Below, piece after piece: positions 58,031 through 64,000 of a stretch of 64,000 nucleotides of DNA. This stretch comes from Lingula anatina (taxonomy: Eukaryota > Animalia > Brachiopoda). A model generated the notes under the pieces. That model was not told where the DNA came from. It did no database searches and was given only the letters and a program-made list of their open reading frames with translations. Every line of letters begins with the position of its first letter. Position 1 is the first letter of the stretch. The position numbers and the translations under genes were made by a program. The stretch covers positions 47,780,788 through 47,844,787 of the forward strand of contig CM120640.1 in the NCBI GenBank assembly GCA_051362555.1, written 5' to 3'.

Positions 58031-60990
58031 ATATACAATTATATATGTTTACATATGTAGTATGTTAAATTATACATGTGTTAATGCAAATTATGCTATA
58101 ATATTAATTAATTAAGCTATTCACAGCATTGTTGACAATAAGTGGCTGTGATATACTAGATCTCAGGTGAACTATGTATTTTAACAGCAGTCTTTACAAA
58201 TTCTGCTATTACTTTGAGACTTTTATGACAGGGTGGATTAAGGAGAATTGACAATATCTGATCACTGTCATCTAGACCCACCACACTGATTTTCAGTAGT
58301 TCATCATGCATTCGTTGCCTCTCAACAGTGTATCTTGTGCATTCTGTGAGGAAATGTTTTTCATCCTCAACACAGTTGCAAGCTTTACATTTTCTCTCAT
58401 CAAGTGGAGTTTTAGGGTTTGTGTATCGTTATATTGCATTGGTTAGATTGTTTAGAAATAGATTTGAGAATGATATTTCTTAAATGTTTCACTAGTTTCG
58501 CTTGCTGAATTGCAAAACTAGCAAATATAAGATTACACAGATTCTGTTTAAAGCTGCTATAACCACTGTTCCTTAAATGTTGGATACACCTAGTCATTGT
58601 ATTTTACATTTTAGCAGTAAAGATTTAATTGGATTTAAGTATACAAATATACTTCATCAAGCAGAATTCAGCACTCTCTTTTCCATTTCAGCTCTCCTTG
58701 CAAGCAGAGCAGATTGCTCTCGAGCTGAATAAACTGGACCAGCAAGCCGGGGCTGTCTCCACTGTGAGAGAGGCAAAACGTGCTCGGCGCATGTCGCGTC
58801 CAAATGTGCCTTCTGAAGAAGATACTGCTCCAATGGAGAGAAGAGGATGGAGAAGGGTTACACTCATCCTAGAGATGCTGCAGAATAAGAAGAAAGTGAA
58901 GAACATCCATCTTCTGATACCAATATTTTTTGGGTTGATTTCCAAGTGAGTTACACAAGTGACCTATGAAACCTTTAAATTGATTAAGACGTAGAATGCC
59001 ATCTCCGCTTTGAATTTTGACACTGTGTCGTTATTCACTGTAAGTGTGGCTAGAAGAAATGCTTGGTAAATTTTCCATACTGGTCCTTAACAATGGATGG
59101 TATGGCAGATGGCCTTGCTACAACCTCACAGACCTCAAGTGCATAGACGTCCTACAGGCCTACAAATCTTTTTCCATATCTCGCTTGTCTTGCTTGCTAT
59201 CAATAAAAAAATTAACTCATCAGTGCTGATATTTTTCTATGATTTTCTTGTGTAGATTGTTTGAGGTGGATGACACAAGCAGCACAGAGTATGTAAAACA
59301 ATTGCTGTTGTCCTGCATACTTCATGCCTGTCAGAAACTATCACCAGATGGAAAGCCAATAGATGAAAGTAAGTGATTTGTAAAGATGAGATAGACATAA
59401 TTAGACATGTGGCATTGTAAAATCTGAATATATGCTTTAGTGAATTTGAGTTTTATTAAAGGGAAATTATAAGACTCAAATTTAATTATTAAAGCTAACA
59501 TAATAGAACACATTGGAGTTCAGTTACTGTTGTGAAATCTGAGGTGGATATATAAACGGCATATTCCACATAAGGTATACAAGTTTATTCACGGCTTTGT
59601 TCATTCCTCTTCCATGATTTAGGTTTGGTCAGTGAAAAGCAGTTTAATGTGGAGTTGCTTGTACAATGCATCCGTTCTTCAGATAACCCTCAAACACACA
59701 GGCATGCTTTGCTCTTGCTCAGCATGGCTGCTGGGCTGTTTCCTGTAAGTATGACTGGTGCTTCTGATCTGGATCTGTGACTATGTCAGCTTTATATATA
59801 TATATTGCCGACATTATAAGACAAGGAAAGGAAACATAAGGAAACATTGCCGACATTATAAGACAAATTATATATGAAATATGTTAACCTAAAGAAGTGT
59901 AAGAGATCAGGAGTTGGGATGTTTGTTCCTATAAAATGTCTGATATTTTTTCCTCCAGATACTGCTATATCTTGGAAAGGCCTTTAAATCTTTTAAAGCC
60001 TGAAACTTGTAACAGTGTTTGGGAAGATTTTTAGGTATCATAATCTGCTTCTTTGTTTATAATTTCTATGAGTTGAGTTGGAGGTGCATTGCTCTTTTAT
60101 TGATGAATATTTCAACAATGTGGTTTATAAGAAAATGTCTGCCATTCAGGACCATGTGCTGCACAACATCATGGCTGTGTTTACGTTCATGGGGGCCAAC
60201 ATCATGAGACAAGATGATGCCTACAGCTTCCAGGTGATCACAAAGACATTGGAAACTGTCATACCAGCCCTAATAAAGGTAGGAGAAAAGAAATATGATA
60301 TGTCCACATTACAAAAAAATAATGGCATTAATTCTGTTGTGAATTTTAATTACACACTAAACACTGTTGTGATTTCTAAAATGTTAGAATTTGTTAAACA
60401 CTACAAGCTGATTAATTTTACACAGGCAAGTGAACAGCAAGAAAAGGTGCAGCATGTGGTGTCTGATGTGTTGAGAGTGTTCGTGGATGCCAGCCCTCAT
60501 ATACCAGACCATCGCCGTCTGCCTCTTTTCACAAAGCTCGCAGAAACAGTTGGGACCGAGAAGTTTCTTTGGATCATGGTTGTACAAATGCTTGAGAGCC
60601 ATATCACAAAAGGGGCACAGAAAACTGATGAGCAAGAAAATAAGGTAATTATTTGTTACCAAATGATTTGGTTCATGACTGTATAACTGCAGGTTCTGTG
60701 TGTGTTTGTGTGCATGCACAAGTGTGTGTTTAACCATTACTGCGTATGAATGAAACAAATAAACGCCATAGGGTTTTAAAGTTTATATAGTCAGGAAACT
60801 TACAGTTAATATACAGCTTTATATCAGATTTTTTGTGTTATATCTTACAGCCTCCAGCAGGACATGTCCACCAAGACATTGAATTCTGTCTCCATGTGGT
60901 CCACAATTTCTCGCCAAGGGTCCAGGTTGTCTGCTGTCATCAGTTACTCCTGTATCTGGCAAAGTTGCCACAGGATAAAGAAGAAGGCAG
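48770..60990 (+). CDS. HEATR1: HEAT repeat-containing protein 1 (UTP10/BAP28), 5' part, 27 coding exons, about 1500 aa, continues beyond the window
   Basis: MTSLAKQLQRLA...ASLLFDPKEAA; PYFLLRPAQKAMEWLIYR; LPYHETNMFVR; QTHRHALLLL; FTFMGANIMRQDDAYSFQVI; HIPDHRRLPLF; phases consistent. Confidence 0.95.
49117..49333 (+). CDS. HEATR1: HEATR1 coding exon 2
   Basis: INGLEEL...ERSVQTKEVN...EWLIY. Confidence 0.94.
49583..49724 (+). CDS. HEATR1: HEATR1 coding exon 3
   Basis: YHIHQYNVD...LPYHET...WIEGIQ. Confidence 0.94.
50039..50140 (+). CDS. HEATR1: HEATR1 coding exon 4
   Basis: KPGVPLARSTVITHCYKD. Confidence 0.92.
50355..50615 (+). CDS. HEATR1: HEATR1 coding exon 5
   Basis: VHGTD...FYASTVVGAL...DYKAASYMI. 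Confidence 0.9.
50873..50958 (+). CDS. HEATR1: HEATR1 coding exon 6
   Basis: HVPVKLSSEALACVAVIFQSQ. Confidence 0.88.
51225..51482 (+). CDS. HEATR1: HEATR1 coding exon 7
   Basis: SFKHLCKLPG...AQQVI. Confidence 0.88.
51759..51866 (+). CDS. HEATR1: HEATR1 coding exon 8
   Basis: SLLDEYIKF...VRVLEQ. Confidence 0.86.
52146..52371 (+). CDS. HEATR1: HEATR1 coding exon 9
   Basis: YPILMD...SLLLSLNHPQEEIRKLAV. Confidence 0.9.
52669..52761 (+). CDS. HEATR1: HEATR1 coding exon 10
   Basis: FYKEALVSRLQDDQPMVV. Confidence 0.9.
52978..53060 (+). CDS. HEATR1: HEATR1 coding exon 11
   Basis: ILWQIIPPTELFEILQK; phase 0/2. Confidence 0.85.
53272..53474 (+). CDS. HEATR1: HEATR1 coding exon 12
   Basis: RPTLKTTLELIC...LLPHML...HTLFKDLKK. 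Confidence 0.87.
53743..53867 (+). CDS. HEATR1: HEATR1 coding exon 13
   Basis: WCKKAPG...AERRKW. Confidence 0.85.
54024..54203 (+). CDS. HEATR1: HEATR1 coding exon 14
   Basis: VTVLVNHK...NGDKK. Confidence 0.85.
54439..54631 (+). CDS. HEATR1: HEATR1 coding exon 15
   Basis: SPKQKNVEA...SKQLA; open frame, phases fit. Confidence 0.83.
54776..54858. repeat. Short intronic direct duplication (period 50 bp)
   Basis: TTCTAATTATAATATATATTTCTTAGTATTCATT x2. Confidence 0.8.
54920..55074 (+). CDS. HEATR1: HEATR1 coding exon 16
   Basis: KHWWAIHPEK...LLQLLFK. Confidence 0.87.
55384..55573 (+). CDS. HEATR1: HEATR1 coding exon 17
   Basis: TQFDKLSLLFKFLAMLWT...QARAL. Confidence 0.88.
55812..55993 (+). 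CDS. HEATR1: HEATR1 coding exon 18
   Basis: IPSLLVSLTSVYPPVREAAL...EELITD. Confidence 0.9.
56327..56533 (+). CDS. HEATR1: HEATR1 coding exon 19
   Basis: TLGVLFSK...LKEVHSE. Confidence 0.88.
56837..57079 (+). CDS. HEATR1: HEATR1 coding exon 20
   Basis: DMLNQLLP...AIKQ. Confidence 0.88.
57166..57467. mobile_element. MITE with ~129-bp terminal inverted repeats and TTA target duplication (PIF/Harbinger-type)
   Basis: GATCGCATTCACAA... / ...TTGTGAATGCGATC; arms 57166-57294 and 57339-57467; TTA on both flanks. Confidence 0.88.
57711..57842 (+). CDS. HEATR1: HEATR1 coding exon 21
   Basis: VTKEFFSSIPSADVQQ...ALKG. Confidence 0.88.
57978..58028. repeat. (TA)n microsatellite
   Basis: Pure dinucleotide run. 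Confidence 0.95.
58692..58945 (+). CDS. HEATR1: HEATR1 coding exon 22
   Basis: LSLQAEQIALEL...WRRVTLILEMLQNKKK. Confidence 0.92.
58996..59125 (+). ncRNA. Candidate intronic box H/ACA snoRNA
   Basis: Hairpin-H box (AGAAGA 59052-59057)-hairpin-ACA (59120-59122); both pockets 14 nt from their box; 130 nt; sense strand of a ribosome-biogenesis host gene. Confidence 0.55.
59256..59368 (+). CDS. HEATR1: HEATR1 coding exon 23
   Basis: EYVKQLLLSCILHACQKLSPDG. Confidence 0.92.
59623..59744 (+). CDS. HEATR1: HEATR1 coding exon 24
   Basis: FNVELLVQCIRSSDNPQTHRHALLLL. Confidence 0.93.
60150..60278 (+). CDS. HEATR1: HEATR1 coding exon 25
   Basis: DHVLHNIMAVFTFMGANIMRQDDAYSFQVI. Confidence 0.93.
60426..60644 (+). 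CDS. HEATR1: HEATR1 coding exon 26
   Basis: VFVDASPHIPDHRRLPLF. Confidence 0.92.
60851..60990 (+). CDS. HEATR1: HEATR1 coding exon 27 (3' boundary 60986 or 60990)
   Basis: PPAGHVHQDIEFC...YLAKLPQDKEE. Confidence 0.85.
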
Positions 60991-61034
60991 GTGTCAACAT
61001 CTCAGTGGTTGTGATATTGAGGGTTTTTAAGGCA

Positions 61035-63947
61035 TTATTGTACCACCAGCGTTAGCGCTGGCGGTACACATGGTTTCGGTCCCGTCCGGATCGTTCCGCC
61101 GGCTCCGTTGGCTCCGCCGGCTCCGCCGGACGGCTACCGTTACCGCTTCTCCTCCTAGACGGTAAGGGCCCCCGTACCCATCTCATGGATTTAGGTCACC
61201 TATAATCTCAACTCGTTCCACGTAAAATTTGGGCTTTGTCGGTATTGGGGTCTGGGTGTGGCACTCATTGCAATGCACCCTTGTCTAAAAATGGCAAAAT
61301 TAAATGCTAATTATCTACCCTACGGAAGGAGTTATGGGAAAAATTTCTATAGACGGCTTTCCAAAAGTCATATGTGTAGATTTCAAATATACCCTTGGAT
61401 TTGACCTTTGACCTTTACTTCAAGGTCAAATGGGCCAAAATTTTCAAAAAAATGAAATTTTTTACGAAAAAAAATTTTTTTGCCCTGTTATTCAGACACC
61501 ACACAGACTTAACCAATAATATTATTGGAAAGTGTTACCCTTCAGGTCATCTTTCATCTCCATGAATTTGGGGTCAATCGGTGCATTTTCACGGGAGTAG
61601 CGGCCATAAGATACCGAAACTGAAAACTGTCTCTAATTCGGGAACCGTTAATGCTAGAGACCCATTCTATTTTGCATTTTGTAGAGCATGTAAAGCCCAA
61701 CACTGAAGGTGGTCTCGGTTTTTTTGTATTCCATACGGTTTTCGAGTTACGCTGTATCAAAAAGTACATATTGGTGGTAAAAGCAAAATGTGCAGTACGG
61801 TAATGGATAATAAATTTTGAACTCTGGAAAAATAAAACATAAGGCTTGGCAAAGCAGACAACTTGTGTTCAAAAATGACATTATTTCATCAAATTTGAAC
61901 TTCTGAAACTTCAGAGCACCTCTTATTTCAAGAATTTTGACCAAAATGACATTTTCTTTATTTTAATTAATTTTTTCTGTACGAAATTTAAGGCACATTA
62001 TGGTAACTCCAAAATTATAACATCTAGTCCCTTATATCTCCAAAACTGGCAGAGATAGGTCCATAGTTACTATTGAAGTTGAATAGGAAGTCATATACTG
62101 GCAATCTTACTATGACCTTGAAATTGACCTTTGACCTACTTTTCACCATGAACTGAACTTTGCAAATTTTTCTTCCCTTTTATCTCCAAAACTGGCAGAG
62201 ATAGGTCCATAGTTACTATTGAACTTGAATAGGAAGTCATATACTGGCAATCTAAATGTGACCTTTAAATTGACCTTTGACCTACTTTACACCATGAACT
62301 GAATTTTGCAAATTTTGCTTTCCTTTTATCTCCAAAACTGGCTGAAATAGGTCCGTAGTTACTATTGAACTTGAATAGGAAGTCATATACTGGCAATCTA
62401 AATGTGACCTTAAAATTGACCTTTGACCTACTTTTCACCATAAACTGAACTTTGCAAATTTTGCTTCCCTTTTATCTCCAAAACTGGCAGAGATAGGTCC
62501 ATAGTTACTATTGAGCTTGAATAGGAAGTCATATACTGGCAATCTAAATGTGACCTTGAAATTGACCTTTGACCTACTTTTCACCATGAACTGAACTTTG
62601 CAAACTTTTCTTCCCTTTTATCTCCAAAACTGGCTGAGATAGGTCCATAGTTACTATTGAACTTGAATAGGAAGTCATATACTGGCAATCTAAATGTGAC
62701 CTTTAAATTGACCTTTGACCTACTTTACACCATGAATTGAATTTAGCAAATTTTGCTTTCCTTTTATCTCCAAAACTGGCTGAGATAGGTCCGTAGTTAC
62801 TATTGAACTTGAATAGGAAGTCATATACTGGCAATCTAAATGTGACCTTAAAATTGACCTTTGACCTACTTTTCACCATAAACTGAACTTTGCAAATTTT
62901 TCTTCCCTTTTATCTCCAAAACTGGCAGAGATAGGTCCATAGTTACTATTGAACTTGAATAGGAAGTCATATACTGGCAATCTAAATGTGACCTTGAAAT
63001 TGACCTTTGACCTACTTTTCACCATGAACTGAACTTTGCAAACTTTTCTTCCCTTTTATCTCCAAAACTGGCTGAGATAGGTCCATAGTTACTATTGAAC
63101 TTGAATAGGAAGTCATATACTGGCAATCTAAATGTGACCTTTAAATTGACCTTTGACCTACTTTACACCATGAACTGAATTTTGCAAATTTTGCTTTCCT
63201 TTTATCTCCAAAACTGGCTGAGATAGGTCCGTAGTTACTATTGAACTTGAATAGGAAGTCATATACTGGCATTATAAATGTGACATTAAAATTGACCTTT
63301 GACCTACTTTTCACCATAAACTGAACTTTGCAAATTTTGCTTCCCTTTTATCTCCAAAACTGGCAGAGATAGGTCCATAGTTACTATTGAACTTGAATAG
63401 AAAGTCATATACTGGCAATTTAAATGTGACCTTGAAATTGACCTTTGACCTACTTTTCACCATGAACTGAATTTTGCAAATTTTGCTTCCTTTTATCTCC
63501 AAAACTGGCTGAGATAGGTCCATAGTTACTATTGAACTTGAATAGAAAGTCCTATACTGGCAATCTAAGTGTGACCTTGAAATTGACCTTTGACCTACTT
63601 TTTATCATGAACTGAACTCTGCTAATTTCTTTCTCTTTTAACTTCAAACTTGACAGAGATAGGTCCATAGTTACTCTTGAACTTGAATAGGAAGTCATAT
63701 ACTGGCAATTTACTGTGACCTTGAAATTGACCCTTGACCTACCTTACGAAGAACTTAAATTTGATTGTACCATATATATTTTTTGCAATAGTTTAAAAAT
63801 TCTTGTTGATTGCATTTTTACAGCTTGTCAAGCACAAAACTGGCGGCTGTGTCCCTTATTTTGTGTATGTGGGGGTCTATACGAATGCGTTTGCTCCAGC
63901 TGGTGGTACAATATTTGGAGGCGGTATCGCCTCTCTGATCCTCTAGT
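61035..63947 (+). mobile_element. Non-autonomous Helentron/HINE (DINE-1-like) element carrying a central satellite array
   Basis: 15-bp subterminal inverted repeat TATTGTACCACCAGC (61036) / GCTGGTGGTACAATA (63899); 5' palindrome; GC-rich CCG microsatellite; 3' stem-loop GAGGCG-GTAT-CGCCTC (63918-63933) then CTAG and a T run. Confidence 0.8.
62035..63745. repeat. 146-bp tandem satellite, about 11.7 copies, with 438-bp (3-mer) higher-order structure
   Basis: TATCTCCAAAACTGG recurs every 146 bp from 62035 (one step of 145, last copy degenerate); diagnostic variants recur every third monomer. Confidence 0.95.
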
Positions 63948-64000
63948 TTTATAATAGAACTATTGGGGACGGGGGAGAGTAAACGGTCTGTAGGAAACAT

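Noticed and set aside
59804-59866. 21-bp direct repeat ATTGCCGACATTATAAGACAA
   Set aside because: Small local duplication with no insert features
60078-60686. 202-aa ORF running through the 147-nt HEATR1 intron 60279-60425
   Set aside because: The intervening part is AT-rich with canonical GT/AG ends; a stop-free 3n intron of this size can occur by chance

Overview
AT-rich (roughly one-third GC, by eye), intron-rich animal genomic DNA. It is probably from an invertebrate, and the repeat types suggest a mollusc or other lophotrochozoan, which is inference only. Two genes lie head-to-head. On the - strand is a complete kinesin-4 family KIF21A/B-like gene (motor, coiled coil, 7 WD40 blades): 36 coding exons from ATG 46925 to stop 2531 or 3274, about 1660 aa, traced by hand with consistent phases. 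On the + strand are the first 27 coding exons (about 1500 aa) of HEATR1/UTP10 from ATG 48770, running off the window. The most unusual signals cluster around the KIF21 WD40 tail: a 22-copy 58-bp array that reiterates the end of exon 29 with its 5' splice site, a candidate stop-containing cassette or terminal exon overlapped by a 153-aa antisense ORF, and two alternative last exons that each finish the final WD40 blade (one ends in -TEV). HEATR1 introns contain a candidate H/ACA snoRNA, a Harbinger-type MITE and a Helentron/HINE-like element with a 146-bp satellite organised as a 3-mer higher-order repeat.
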